A stretch of DNA of 64,000 nt from Gammaproteobacteria bacterium (lineage in GTDB: Bacteria; Pseudomonadota; Gammaproteobacteria; PIVX01): assembly GCA_003353785.1 (NCBI GenBank), contig PIVX01000004.1:47163-111162 (forward strand), given 5' to 3'. Position numbers and translations under genes: made by a program. A model generated the notes under the pieces. That model saw nothing but the letters and a program-made list of their open reading frames with translations. It was not told where the DNA came from and searched no databases. Every line of letters begins with the position of its first letter. Positions within the stretch are counted from its first letter, which is position 1. Positions 20,191 through 30,798 of the stretch are shown piece after piece.

Positions 20191-20604
20191 TTATTTATAA
20201 GGAGTATTATTAAAAGGACTAGGATTAAAATTTTGCTCATTAATTACCTCTAGTACCTTTTCTTGGACCTCTTCATATTTTTGATTTGTTTTACTTGTGC
20301 GATTAGCATTGAGAGAGCCAGACTCCGCACCTTGTCCTAATGCTGCCTGAATCATTACTGCCGTGCAGGGCCCTAATTGTGTGCTTCCTAGGTAATCAGC
20401 TGGACCAAATCCTAAAGTTACATTCTGCATTTGTGTCTGTTGACCACTCAATATGTTACCTAATAGGTTTTTTTGATGCTGCGAAGTATCATTTTTAACA
20501 TATTCCATAAAGGCTTTTATTGATGCTTTGAAATCTGCAGAATTTGGGTTCATCTTTTTGATCTTTTTTTGTAGCTTATTTATAAAATCCTGATCGTTAG
20601 GCAT
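20191..20604 (-). CDS. hypothetical protein
   Basis: 137-aa ORF with a GGAG-like sequence upstream. Convergent with the barrel gene. No motif recognised. Confidence 0.55.
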   Translation of the reverse strand: MPNDQDFINKLQKKIKKMNPNSADFKASIKAFMEYVKNDTSQHQKNLLGNILSGQQTQMQNVTLGFGPADYLGSTQLGPCTAVMIQAALGQGAESGSLNANRTSKTNQKYEEVQEKVLEVINEQNFNPSPFNNTPYK

Positions 20605-20877
20605 GATTTATCTCCTAAATTTTTTACTCTTGTTAATAAATTATAGTAGAAGTTAATAAAAAAGTTATTTTGGATAACTATATGAAAAAATGATATTTTA
20701 TGGTTATGAACAGGTAAAAGTGTGTTAAAATGTTATTGAATTTTTAGATAAAGTGTTATTTTAAACAATAAATTTAACAATATTTGGAAATAAGCTTGTT
20801 TTTAATTAGCTATGCTAATAGTCTGTAGTTTATCTTAATTTGTTAAAAAAACGTAATTCTTATACAATGATTTTCAT

Positions 20878-23010
20878 ATGAATAAAAAAAGATATGTTGA
20901 TCCATATGCTGAGGATGAAGCTAAAAAATATGCTAATCCTGTTCCTAGTCGTAAATTCCTGCTAGAGTTGTTGGAAGAAATTGGTGTTCCAATAGGTTTC
21001 AAAGCTTTGTTAAAAAGACTAGCTCTTAAAGAAGATAGTGAACAAGAAGGGTTAAGGCGTAGATTAAAGGCTATGGTGCGTGATGCCGAGCTAATGCGCG
21101 ATCGCAAAAATAGATTTTGTCTGATTGATAAATTGGAATTAGTTCGTGGAACAGTTCAAGGGCATACGGATGGCTATGGATTTTTATTAGCTGAAAAGTT
21201 AGGACAAGACTATTATATTGCTGCTAATCAAATGCGCCATGTGTTACATGGAGATAAGGTATTAGCAAGAATATTTAAGAACAAAACAGGGAAATGGGAA
21301 GTAAAAATTAGGGAGATAATTCAAAAAACTGTTGAAATAATAGGAACTGTAGAGAAAAATGAAGAGCTGATTTATGTTAAACCTACTAATACCGCTATTT
21401 CTCATAATATATTTCTATCTAAAGAAGATTTAAATAAAGTTAACAAAGGTATGCTTGTTATTGTTAATTTAGTAACTCATCCATTTGATTCTCCTCAAGT
21501 TCTAGGAAAAATTGTCCATATACTAGGCGATTATATGGATCCTGGACTTGAAGTCGATATTACGATACACAATAATCAAATCCCAAACGTTTGGAGTGAT
21601 GATATTCTAAGAGAAACTAATCAGTTAAAGAATTTATCATTCAAGAAGCATGGAGAAGATCATACAAACTTACCATTTATTACGATAGATGGTGCTGATG
21701 CTAAGGATTTGGATGATGCTGTATTTTGTGAAAAACAAGGGGTGGATTGGATATTGTACGTTGCTATTGCCGATGTTAGTCATTATGTTAAACCAGATTC
21801 ATTGGTAGATCTAGAAGCAAAAAATCGCGGTAATTCTACTTATTTTCCTAATCGTGTGGTTCCAATGTTACCTAGTGTTTTATCTAATGATTTATGTTCT
21901 TTGAATCCTAATGAGAATAAAGCCGTATTAATTTGTAAGATGAAAATTTCTAGATTTGGTAACTTAAGTAGTGCTAAATTTGTTGAGAGTACAATTTGTT
22001 CCAAAGCTCGTTTAAGCTACCAGCAAGTAGCAGATTTTTACAATGGAGAAGACTTGGTTGATTTTACTTCAGGGGTTAAAGAAAATTTGCTAAATTTGTA
22101 TGATTTATATAAAAGATTAAGTGAACAAAGAAAAAAAAGGCATGCAATTGAATTAGAGATCCCAGAAAACAAAATAATTTTTTCTGAACAAAAAAAGATA
22201 GAGAAAATAATTCTTTCAAGTAGAAATGTTGCGCATAAAATTATAGAGGAATGCATGCTAATGGCTAATGTGGCAGCTGCTGATCTGGTTAATCGAGAGA
22301 ATTTACCATGTTTATATAGAAATCATAATAAGGCTGATCCAGAAATTTTAAATGATCTGGCTAATCAATTCAGCATGGTTGGCGTAAAGGTACCTAATGG
22401 CATTACAACTAATGAAGATTTTTCCGAGATCATAGAGCAAATAAAATTAAGAGATGATGCAGGGTTGTTACAAATGCTGATTTTGTGCTCTATGCAGCAA
22501 GCTAACTATACGCATGAATGTTTAGGACATTTTGGTCTTGCTCTTGAAAAATATACTCATTTTACTTCACCAATTAGAAGGTATCCAGATCTAATTGTTC
22601 ATAGAGTAATATGTAATTATCTTAATAAAGAGAAGCGACAGATAAGCATTGATGAACTTAGTGAAATGGGTGCACATTGTTCTATGACAGAAAGACGCTC
22701 TGAAGCAGCAGAGCGTGAAGTAATAAGTTGGCTAAAATGCGAGTATATGCTTGAACATGTAGGTAATGAATATATGGGTACTATTAGCAGTATTACAGAT
22801 TTTGGTTTATTTGTGACCTTGAATGAATATTATGTTGATGGTTTAGTACATGTAACATCTTTGAAGAATGATTATTATAAATATGAACAAAGTAAATTAA
22901 GACTTGTTGGTAAACGTACTGGTACTAAATATCAATTTGGTGAAAATATCAAGGTTATTGTTACAAATGTTGATCTAGATAGACGAAGAATTGATTTTTC
23001 CCTCGCATGA
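20878..23010 (+). CDS. rnr: ribonuclease R
   Basis: 710 aa. RNB catalytic motifs (ITIDGADAKDLDDAV, HFGLALEKYTHFTSPIRRYPDL) and a C-terminal S1 domain. Confidence 0.94.
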   Translation: MNKKRYVDPYAEDEAKKYANPVPSRKFLLELLEEIGVPIGFKALLKRLALKEDSEQEGLRRRLKAMVRDAELMRDRKNRFCLIDKLELVRGTVQGHTDGYGFLLAEKLGQDYYIAANQMRHVLHGDKVLARIFKNKTGKWEVKIREIIQKTVEIIGTVEKNEELIYVKPTNTAISHNIFLSKEDLNKVNKGMLVIVNLVTHPFDSPQVLGKIVHILGDYMDPGLEVDITIHNNQIPNVWSDDILRETNQLKNLSFKKHGEDHTNLPFITIDGADAKDLDDAVFCEKQGVDWILYVAIADVSHYVKPDSLVDLEAKNRGNSTYFPNRVVPMLPSVLSNDLCSLNPNENKAVLICKMKISRFGNLSSAKFVESTICSKARLSYQQVADFYNGEDLVDFTSGVKENLLNLYDLYKRLSEQRKKRHAIELEIPENKIIFSEQKKIEKIILSSRNVAHKIIEECMLMANVAAADLVNRENLPCLYRNHNKADPEILNDLANQFSMVGVKVPNGITTNEDFSEIIEQIKLRDDAGLLQMLILCSMQQANYTHECLGHFGLALEKYTHFTSPIRRYPDLIVHRVICNYLNKEKRQISIDELSEMGAHCSMTERRSEAAEREVISWLKCEYMLEHVGNEYMGTISSITDFGLFVTLNEYYVDGLVHVTSLKNDYYKYEQSKLRLVGKRTGTKYQFGENIKVIVTNVDLDRRRIDFSLA

Positions 23011-23729
23011 ATGATAATAAATACATATACGGGTTGCAAACAATCGCGATGATTTTAGATCAAGATCCAAAGCTTATTTTAAAATTATATGTTAATTCAT
23101 CTACTCAGAATAAAAGAATTGCTGGTTTAATCGATAAAGCTAGCAAGCTTGGAATATCGACAGAGAAAATCTTAGATTTTAGTAAGTATGCAATTAAATC
23201 ACACCAACCATTAGTGGCAGAATGCCGAGCTTTTCCTAATTTAGATGAGTCTGTATTGAATGAAATAGTTGAAAAAAATGAAGCTGTTACTTTAGTAATT
23301 CTAGACGGAATTACTGATCCACATAATTTAGGGGCAATTTTACGTAGTTGTGCTGCTATGAATGTTACAGCTGTTGTTATCCCCAAAAATAACGCAGTAG
23401 GATTGACTCCAACCGTTAGAAATATTGCTTGTGGGGGAGCTGAAATTGTCCCGTTTATTCGTGTTAGTAATTTAGCTAGAACGTTAAAAAATTTAAAAAA
23501 ACAAGGTCTTTGGTTATATGGAGCGGCGGTTGGTACTGGTTCTGAGTTGAATAGTGTTGTCTTTCCTAAGAAGATAGGGTTGGTTTTTGGTGGAGAACAT
23601 GCTGGTTTAAAACGCCTTACTCAAGAAAATTGTGATGAGGTAGTTAAGATAAATTTAGCTAATAATATGGATAGCTTAAATGTTTCAGTTGCTGCAGGAA
23701 TATTTATTTATGCGGCACAGCAACGCTAG
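23007..23729 (+). CDS. rlmB: 23S rRNA (guanosine-2'-O)-methyltransferase RlmB (SpoU family)
   Basis: SpoU motifs LDGITDPHNLGAILRS, VFGGEHAGL and SLNVSVAAGI. Follows rnr as in E. coli. Confidence 0.9.
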   Translation: MNDNKYIYGLQTIAMILDQDPKLILKLYVNSSTQNKRIAGLIDKASKLGISTEKILDFSKYAIKSHQPLVAECRAFPNLDESVLNEIVEKNEAVTLVILDGITDPHNLGAILRSCAAMNVTAVVIPKNNAVGLTPTVRNIACGGAEIVPFIRVSNLARTLKNLKKQGLWLYGAAVGTGSELNSVVFPKKIGLVFGGEHAGLKRLTQENCDEVVKINLANNMDSLNVSVAAGIFIYAAQQR

Positions 23730-23741
23730 CTCTATAGTGAG

Positions 23742-24920
23742 CTATGCCACTTGCCACTCTTGGAGCGTCTTTGATAATTTTGTTAGTAACTCAGATGATT
23801 CTTGTTGGTTTATGATAAGTGGTGGTAGCATTCTAACTATATTTTCAGAAGTAACATTTATTAATAGATTATTATTTATACCAAATTTGACGATTTCTTT
23901 GCAAGGTTTATCCATTTCTATTGCGAGCATTAAGCCACTACCTCTACTTTCAATAATAGTAGGAAAATCAAATTTTTTAAGCTCCTCTAGAATAAAACTT
24001 CCCATATTATTTACATTGGTAAAGATATCTTGGCTTATTAAGGTATCTAATACTACAGATGCCGTGTGACATGCTAGAGGATTGCCACCAAAGGTAGAAC
24101 CATGAGTTCCATAAGTAAGTAATGAACATGCTTTATCACGCATTAAACATGCTCCAATAGGCATTCCACCTGCTAATCCTTTTGCTGTCATTAAAATGTC
24201 AGGAACAATGTTATGGTGCATATATTCATATAATTTTCCAGTTCGACCAACACCAGATTGCACTTCATCTAGGGCTAATAACCAATCATTCTTATCGCAT
24301 AGCTCGCGTAATTTACTTAGATAATTATTATCGGGAATTATTATCCCGTTCTCACCTTGAATAGGCTCAACTAGAATACTTACGATCTCAGAATCGTCTT
24401 GTAATTGAGAAATGGCATTTATATCGTTGTAAGGAACATGAATAAATCCTTCGAGTAAGGGGTCGAATCCTGTTCTAGTTCTTAGATTAGATGCACTGAG
24501 TGAGCCAAAAGTTCTACCATGGAATGCTCCGTTCGTAACAATGATTTTAGGATTTTGAATTGCATTTTTCTTTCCGTAGAGCCTTGAACATTTAATGGCT
24601 GTTTCCACTGCTTCAGTCCCTGAATTTGTAAAAAATATTTGTTCCATTTCTGTTAAGCAACACAACTGCTCTGCTAACTTATTTTGCCAAGTTATAGTAA
24701 AAGCATTTGAGCAGTGGATGAATTTGTTTGCTTGTTCAATAATAGCTTCAGTAACTTTTGGGTGAGCATGGCCTAGAGGGCATGAGCCAATTCCACTTAT
24801 TGCGTCTAGATAAGAGTTATTTTGCTCATCGAATAAATATACTCCTTTTCCATGGGTAAAGGCAATGGCTTGAGGACGATAAGTTGTAATTCGACTATTT
24901 TTGTTTGTTGAAGTTTGCAT
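23742..24920 (-). CDS. argD: class-III PLP aminotransferase (acetylornithine/succinyl-DAP aminotransferase type)
   Basis: 392 aa with [22 protein letters not shown] and [12 protein letters not shown] (PLP Lys). Substrate not determinable from sequence. Confidence 0.8.
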   Translation of the reverse strand: MQTSTNKNSRITTYRPQAIAFTHGKGVYLFDEQNNSYLDAISGIGSCPLGHAHPKVTEAIIEQANKFIHCSNAFTITWQNKLAEQLCCLTEMEQIFFTNSGTEAVETAIKCSRLYGKKNAIQNPKIIVTNGAFHGRTFGSLSASNLRTRTGFDPLLEGFIHVPYNDINAISQLQDDSEIVSILVEPIQGENGIIIPDNNYLSKLRELCDKNDWLLALDEVQSGVGRTGKLYEYMHHNIVPDILMTAKGLAGGMPIGACLMRDKACSLLTYGTHGSTFGGNPLACHTASVVLDTLISQDIFTNVNNMGSFILEELKKFDFPTIIESRGSGLMLAIEMDKPCKEIVKFGINNNLLINVTSENIVRMLPPLIINQQESSELLTKLSKTLQEWQVA

Positions 24921-25479
24921 TTACGAAATCCCAATTTACTAGTTTCCAAAAAGTTTCTAAGTATTTTGGTCTAGCATTACGATAATCTATATAATAGGCA
25001 TGTTCCCATACATCACAGGTTAATAGAATGTTATGATTTTGTGTTAATGGTGTTGCTGCATTGGAGGTACTTATTATTTCTAACTGCTTATTTTGCTTTT
25101 GTACAAGCCATGCCCATCCGGAGCCGAATGTAGTGATTGCTGCTGTGGAGAAAGCTTGTTGAAATTTATCCATTGAAGAGTATGTTTGTTCAATCATTTG
25201 GATTAGCTCAGCAGTTGGTTGAGTCTTATTAGGTGTTAAACAATTGAAATAAAAAGTGTGGTTCCAGATCTGGGCAGCATTGTTGAATATTCCTCCATCG
25301 GCGGAAAGGATTATTTCCTCAAGAGTTTTTTCAGCAAATTGAGTATTATTTACTAATTTGTTTAAATTATCAACATAAACTTTGTGATGTTTACCATAAT
25401 GATATTCTAAAGTTTCTTTAGATATATGTGGCTCTAGGGCATCTAGCTCATAAGGTAATTCAGGTAGTTTATGTTCCAT
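24895..25479 (-). CDS. sodB: Fe/Mn superoxide dismutase
   Basis: [28 protein letters not shown] and [11 protein letters not shown] motifs. Confidence 0.94.
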   Translation of the reverse strand: MEHKLPELPYELDALEPHISKETLEYHYGKHHKVYVDNLNKLVNNTQFAEKTLEEIILSADGGIFNNAAQIWNHTFYFNCLTPNKTQPTAELIQMIEQTYSSMDKFQQAFSTAAITTFGSGWAWLVQKQNKQLEIISTSNAATPLTQNHNILLTCDVWEHAYYIDYRNARPKYLETFWKLVNWDFVNANFNKQK

Positions 25480-25596
25480 GCTCTTCTCCTAAATAGTTTA
25501 GTGTAAACTTTCAGCCTGAGCAAATCAATGGAATAGTTTTTGTTGCTATTTAGTAGTATAATAGTTTCTCAATTATTAAGAATTAGGGGATTAAGT

Positions 25597-25908
25597 ATGG
25601 ATATAACCGAAAAGATTAAACAAGAAATTCAACAGAATCCTATCATTTTATATATGAAGGGTACTAAAGAAGCTCCACAGTGTGGTTTTTCATCACATGC
25701 TGTATATATTCTTATGCAGACAGGAGTTGATTTTGAAACTAGAGATGTTTTGGCTAATCCTGAGGTTAGACAACAATTACCTTTAGTATCAAATTGGCCT
25801 ACGTTTCCCCAGCTGTTTATTAATGGGGAATTAGTAGGAGGATCTGATATAGTAAACGAACACTTCAAATCAGGTGAATTGAAACGTTTACTAGCAGAAG
25901 TAGCTTAA
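25597..25908 (+). CDS. grxD: monothiol glutaredoxin (Grx4 family)
   Basis: CGFS active site (PQCGFS) and WPTFPQLFINGELVGG. ATG at 25597 with AGGGGA upstream is preferred over the TTG at 25540. Confidence 0.9.
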   Translation: MDITEKIKQEIQQNPIILYMKGTKEAPQCGFSSHAVYILMQTGVDFETRDVLANPEVRQQLPLVSNWPTFPQLFINGELVGGSDIVNEHFKSGELKRLLAEVA

Positions 25909-25931
25909 TTAATTTACCGTAGGAGGTTATT

Positions 25932-26534
25932 ATGACATTAGTAGGAAAAGTAGCACCAGATTTTGTTGCTCCAGCTGTATTGCCAAGTGGAGAAGGAGTA
26001 GATAGTTTTAGTTTGTTAAAGAATATCGAGGGTAAATATGCCTTAATATTTTTCTATCCTTATGATTTTACTTTTGTATGCCCAACTGAACTTATAGCTC
26101 TAAATAATAGAATGGATGGGTTTAAGGAGCGTAAAATTGAAGTAATTGGTGTATCCATTGATTCAACCCATACTCATAATGCTTGGCGGAAGACTGCTAT
26201 AGCAAGTGGTGGAATAGGTGAAGTGAAATTTCCTTTAGTTTCTGATGTTAAGCATAATATTTGTCAGAGCTATGGAATTCAACATCCTGAAAATGGAGCT
26301 TCATTTCGCGGGGCATTCATTATTGATAAAAAAGGTGTGGTAAGAGTTGAAATGATTAATGATTTCCCAATTGGTAGGAATATCGATGAAATTTTACGTT
26401 TATTTGATGCTGTCCAGTTTAATGAACAACATGGAGAAGTTTGTCCTGTTGGATGGCAAAAAGGCAAAGAAGGTATGAAAGAAACTTACCAAAGTGTTTC
26501 TCAGTATCTTGAAAAGAATAGTAATGACCTATAA
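25932..26534 (+). CDS. ahpC: typical 2-Cys peroxiredoxin (AhpC/Tsa family)
   Basis: Peroxidatic FTFVCPTEL and resolving GEVCPVGW cysteines. AGGAGG Shine-Dalgarno. Confidence 0.92.
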   Translation: MTLVGKVAPDFVAPAVLPSGEGVDSFSLLKNIEGKYALIFFYPYDFTFVCPTELIALNNRMDGFKERKIEVIGVSIDSTHTHNAWRKTAIASGGIGEVKFPLVSDVKHNICQSYGIQHPENGASFRGAFIIDKKGVVRVEMINDFPIGRNIDEILRLFDAVQFNEQHGEVCPVGWQKGKEGMKETYQSVSQYLEKNSNDL

Positions 26535-26920
26535 ATAAAATAGGGAAATATTATTTTTTTACAAAAAAGTCTTGATTAGTTAAAAATGATGAGGAATAAT
26601 GTAGATAAATTTTGAAGGATTAGTCAATTTCCTTGCAGAATTTACAAATTTTTGAGAAATATTTATAAAAATGCTGCATTATTTTGCAATTTATAGATAA
26701 TGTGGTATATATTAGGATTATGTGAGAATAGATTTCTCATATAGCTTGTTTTACAAGAGTTTAACAAGCTAATTGTACAGAGTAGTATTTGTGAGGAAAT
26801 GATACTGTTCTGACACTAGGAGGAGAAGCTTGCTTTTCTGAATAATAAGTTGGAAACAAAAGTGCTATATTTGCACAACTGTATGTTTCCTCAAAATAAT
26901 AAGACAAGGAGAAGAAGGGA

Positions 26921-28339
26921 ATGAAGCTTTCAAAAATAGTATTAAAGATAGTCTTTATGTCAGTTACTCTGATTACATGCAACAGTATTTTTGCTAATAC
27001 TGATATGATGTTTCAAGAGGTTCTAGATCGAAACGCGAATCCTTATATAGCAAAAGGGGATCACGATAATCGTATTTTTTGGTCAGGTGAACTACTAGGT
27101 ATTGTAGGGCTAAGAACTGCAGTTACTAGAGATGGAGCAGATAAACATCCTACTGGAACAGATATTACTTTACCTAGAGCAAATCTCTATATGGATGCTG
27201 TAGTTAATGATTGGGCAATGGCTCATTTGGCTTTGTCTTTTCATGGTTTATCAGTAGGCACGGACGTAGAGGGTTTTAGAGATAAAAATACTTTTGATGA
27301 AACTCAAGGGAATGGAATGTACACTAGAGCTGGTATCTTTGCCGCTTTTGATGGACTTACTTATCGACCTTATCGTCTAGTAGATGAAGCCTATGTGACT
27401 CTTGGTAATTTACATCGTCACCCGGCATATTTTAGAATGGGGCTTGGTAGAGTACCTTTTGGTTTATATGATAGAAATCAAATTTTATTAAATTGGACAA
27501 CTCTGTTTACTGAAACTCAAGCTATGTTTGCTCAATTTGGTATTATGGATGCATCAGGGTTTTTCGGTGCAGTATACGCATTTAGAGGTTTATCGCAGTT
27601 AGATGATATTGTGCGTGTTAAAGACTCTAATGGTGATGCACAGAGTGATGGAGTAAGAGATGGTTATCCGCATATTAATAATGGCGGTATTTCTCTTGGC
27701 TATTGTATGAATCACGGGCATACAGGTATTAAAGTTGCGGTAGACTGGATGTATAATATTATAGGTGGAGTTAATGTCTTTAGAACTATGGCGTTAGGTT
27801 CCAAGGTGAGTTCTGAAAGTGGTGAAGTAGCTAAAGTGTATTTTAAAAAGATAATGGGTATACATTTGGGAGTAAAAGGCCACTATAATCAATTTGATTT
27901 TAGAACCAACTTCATGATGGCCATGAATAAATTCAATAAAAATGAAGCGATACTAGCTGAGAAGCAACCGATGGTTTGGTCAATTGGAAGTGGAATACAT
28001 TTTAGGATGGGTTATCGACCTTCACGCTTTGGTATAGGATTCCAAATGACTAACAATCTGAAAAATGCAGCTATTGATAAGAGTGCAGCACAACTAACAG
28101 TTGCGAACGCTAAAGGAGCTGGTTGGTTGAAGGGTATTATCAATCAGTGGAGGGTGCATTTTGATTGGACTACAGAAATATTCAAAAATGTTACTGCCGG
28201 TGTTCATTATGCCTTTGAAGAGCCATACAAGGATACTTTGAAGAAAACAGCAACGGATATTTCTAATCCTAACAAAGAAACAATAAGACCTGATAAAGTA
28301 CATACAGCTTTCATCAGCTTAAGGACTAAGATAGCGTAG
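26921..28339 (+). CDS. putative porin-type outer-membrane protein (paralog of 29201-30550)
   Basis: 472 aa with a signal peptide. Shares blocks with the second copy: NDWAMAHLALSF / NEWAMAFFEISY and VTLGNLHRHPAYF..VPFG / ITLGNLNRFPLYV..VPFG. Family name not verifiable here. Confidence 0.7.
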   Translation: MKLSKIVLKIVFMSVTLITCNSIFANTDMMFQEVLDRNANPYIAKGDHDNRIFWSGELLGIVGLRTAVTRDGADKHPTGTDITLPRANLYMDAVVNDWAMAHLALSFHGLSVGTDVEGFRDKNTFDETQGNGMYTRAGIFAAFDGLTYRPYRLVDEAYVTLGNLHRHPAYFRMGLGRVPFGLYDRNQILLNWTTLFTETQAMFAQFGIMDASGFFGAVYAFRGLSQLDDIVRVKDSNGDAQSDGVRDGYPHINNGGISLGYCMNHGHTGIKVAVDWMYNIIGGVNVFRTMALGSKVSSESGEVAKVYFKKIMGIHLGVKGHYNQFDFRTNFMMAMNKFNKNEAILAEKQPMVWSIGSGIHFRMGYRPSRFGIGFQMTNNLKNAAIDKSAAQLTVANAKGAGWLKGIINQWRVHFDWTTEIFKNVTAGVHYAFEEPYKDTLKKTATDISNPNKETIRPDKVHTAFISLRTKIA

Positions 28340-28365
28340 TACTCTCTTAGTACTGAAACTATCTT

Positions 28366-28394
28366 AAAAAGCCCGCTATAAGCGGGCTTTTTTT
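28366..28394. terminator. bidirectional rho-independent terminator between the porin gene and rnt
   Basis: AAAAA-GCCCGC-TATAA-GCGGGC-TTTTTTT. The GC stem is flanked by an A-run and a T-run between convergent genes. Confidence 0.8.
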
Positions 28395-28983
28395 ATTTTA
28401 ATTTTAATTGATTGATGATTTTACAAAAGAGCTCGGCTGTTACTTTAGCATCGTATAAGGCGCTGTGAGCTTTATCTGGATCAAAGGGAATTTTTGCTTC
28501 AAATAGTAATTGCGCTAATACAGTATGCTTATATACTGCTGCACCAAGAGTTGCAGTGTCAAAGCTGGTAAAACCATGCAAAGGACTCTTAAGCTTCGTG
28601 CGTTTAGCAGCAGCATTAATAAATGCTAGATCAAACCAAGCATTATGACCTACTAATACTGCACGCTGGCATTTTGCTAGTTTTACTTCTTTTTTAATAA
28701 TACTGAATAACTCTTGGAGTGATTCTTGTTCTGCCACTGCAAATCTAAATGGGTGAAAAGGATCGATATTATTGAATTTTAAAGATGCTGGATCTAAATT
28801 TGCTCCTTCAAAGGGCAGAATATGCTGATGAAGGGTTTTGCTTGGAATCAATAACCCATCCTCCATTTTTATAAAGACGCATGCTAATTCAAGTAAAGCA
28901 TCTTTTGCTGGATTTAATCCGGCTGTTTCTACATCAATTACTACTGGAAGGAATTTTCTAAATCTATTTTCTATTAAATCCAT
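28393..28983 (-). CDS. rnt: ribonuclease T
   Basis: DEDDh motifs LPVVIDVETAGLNP, LVGHNAWFDLAF and HSALYDA. Confidence 0.92.
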   Translation of the reverse strand: MDLIENRFRKFLPVVIDVETAGLNPAKDALLELACVFIKMEDGLLIPSKTLHQHILPFEGANLDPASLKFNNIDPFHPFRFAVAEQESLQELFSIIKKEVKLAKCQRAVLVGHNAWFDLAFINAAAKRTKLKSPLHGFTSFDTATLGAAVYKHTVLAQLLFEAKIPFDPDKAHSALYDAKVTAELFCKIINQLKLK

Positions 28984-29200
28984 ATATTCTCTATATTTTA
29001 GCTATTTAATTTTACTTAGACTCTATTGTAACTAAATTTTCAGAGCTAGCTTATAAACTTGTTACTATTCGTACAAAAAAAGCTATTGTCTTACATCAGT
29101 GTTTAAAAAGACATCATAGTTATAGTTGAATTACTTGTAAATATTTGGCAGAATGAACTAAATAAAAATAACACTTAGCAAATTAGTTAAGGAGATTGCA

Positions 29201-30550
29201 ATGAAGAAATTAACTAGAATAATAAAAGGGTTTGTATTTATAGCATTAGTAAATATAACATACGCAGATACTCCTTTAACACCTATTCAGTATGTCAGAG
29301 GTGAACCAGTATTTTCTAGTCCTTATCTGGGTGAAAGATCTGATTTTGAGTCATTTGATTTAATAATTAATATTTCAGATGTTGATCAATCGCTACGTTT
29401 GCTAGAGCAAATGCAAGATGCTGAGAAACGTCTTAAGAAAAGAGGTTATACAATGCCATCTCAACCAACTATTGATTTAAGTGGTAGTATTATAGTTTCT
29501 GCTACTGTTGATCAAGAATTTGGAAAAAGTAAATATAATGAAAGTTTTGCATTAGATGAAGTTGAGTTAGATGTATTTACTAGGATTAATGAATGGGCCA
29601 TGGCATTCTTTGAAATTAGTTATTCTAGCTCTGCAATTCCTAATCCTCAAGAAACTTTAGGAGTTTCTAACAGAAAATTAGATAATTCTAGATTTTATTT
29701 GAAACAAGGATTTATTACTCTTGGTAATTTAAATCGTTTCCCTTTATATGTAGTTGGCGGCCAAATTTTTGTACCTTTTGGAACAAAATCTACTAGTCTT
29801 GTTTCAGGGCCTTTTACAGGTGGTTTAACTGATACTAAACAACGTGCTTTATTAATTGGCTTTAAACATGGCAATTCTATGTTGAATTATAATGCTGCAG
29901 TGTATGGATTTAATAGCTCATATCGAGGTGGTAAGAATGATGGTGGTGCTAAGATAGGAATAAATTTTTCTAAATCAGGGTTTTCTGCTTCAGTGTCTGG
30001 AGGAGTGATTTCTAATATTTTTGAAGCTGAAATATTTCAAAATAATGGTGATACATTCTCTGGTTTTGCCATATTTGATGAGAAAGAGAAACCACAATCT
30101 AGAAAAATTGGTTTAACTGCTTTTGCTAGCATTGGTTATAAAAATGTTACCTTACAAGGCGAATTTTTTACTGTTGGATCTGCATTACCAAAAGAATTCT
30201 TTTCCAATGGTGATGGTGGTCGTGTTAAACCAAGAGCCTTCCATGTTGAAATGGCCTCAGAGAATAAATTTCATACTATTCCATCCTTATTTGCTATAGG
30301 GTATGGAGAATCAGCTAAAGCTCAATCATTAGAGCAGGCTAAACGTAAAATTTATGCTTCGGTTACTATAGAACCGATTAAATCTACTTTGTTTGGTATT
30401 GAATATTCAAGAACTCGTGATTATGCTAAAGGCTCGAAGGCTAAAACTTGGGGATATGATTCCACAACTGAGAAAGGTGCGTTAGTTGACGTTACTGGAA
30501 CTGGTGATTGGAAGAATGCTATTAATATATTCTTTGGCTATTTTTTCTAA
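29201..30550 (+). CDS. putative porin-type outer-membrane protein (paralog of 26921-28339)
   Basis: 449 aa with a signal peptide. C-terminal ..NIFFGYFF ends in Phe. Shares blocks with the upstream paralog. Confidence 0.7.
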   Translation: MKKLTRIIKGFVFIALVNITYADTPLTPIQYVRGEPVFSSPYLGERSDFESFDLIINISDVDQSLRLLEQMQDAEKRLKKRGYTMPSQPTIDLSGSIIVSATVDQEFGKSKYNESFALDEVELDVFTRINEWAMAFFEISYSSSAIPNPQETLGVSNRKLDNSRFYLKQGFITLGNLNRFPLYVVGGQIFVPFGTKSTSLVSGPFTGGLTDTKQRALLIGFKHGNSMLNYNAAVYGFNSSYRGGKNDGGAKIGINFSKSGFSASVSGGVISNIFEAEIFQNNGDTFSGFAIFDEKEKPQSRKIGLTAFASIGYKNVTLQGEFFTVGSALPKEFFSNGDGGRVKPRAFHVEMASENKFHTIPSLFAIGYGESAKAQSLEQAKRKIYASVTIEPIKSTLFGIEYSRTRDYAKGSKAKTWGYDSTTEKGALVDVTGTGDWKNAINIFFGYFF

Positions 30551-30562
30551 AATAGATAAAAA

Positions 30563-30586
30563 GGGAGCAGGATATTTTCTGCTCCC
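30563..30586 (+). terminator. hairpin downstream of the second porin gene (weak terminator candidate)
   Basis: GGGAGCAG-loop-CTGCTCCC, 13 nt after the stop codon. No clear T-run follows. Confidence 0.3.
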
Positions 30587-30798
30587 TGATAGTAATTTGC
30601 TAATGCTCTCTTCTGAGATTGTATTATTTAATATTTGAAAGCAGCAAAACAATTCTATAGTTATAAATTTTAATATGTTTAAGTGTTAGCAGATAATACC
30701 TAAATGTAATACTGAAACAATTTTGCTTGATTTCAGAAAACGGTTAGGTTAAAAATTGTCTAAATAAACTGTACGTTCAATTTATTTAATTAAGGGAA

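Noticed and set aside
26761-26982. 73-aa minus-strand ORF overlapping the start of the first porin gene.
   Set aside because: It overlaps the porin signal-peptide coding region and shows no motifs or ribosome-binding site.
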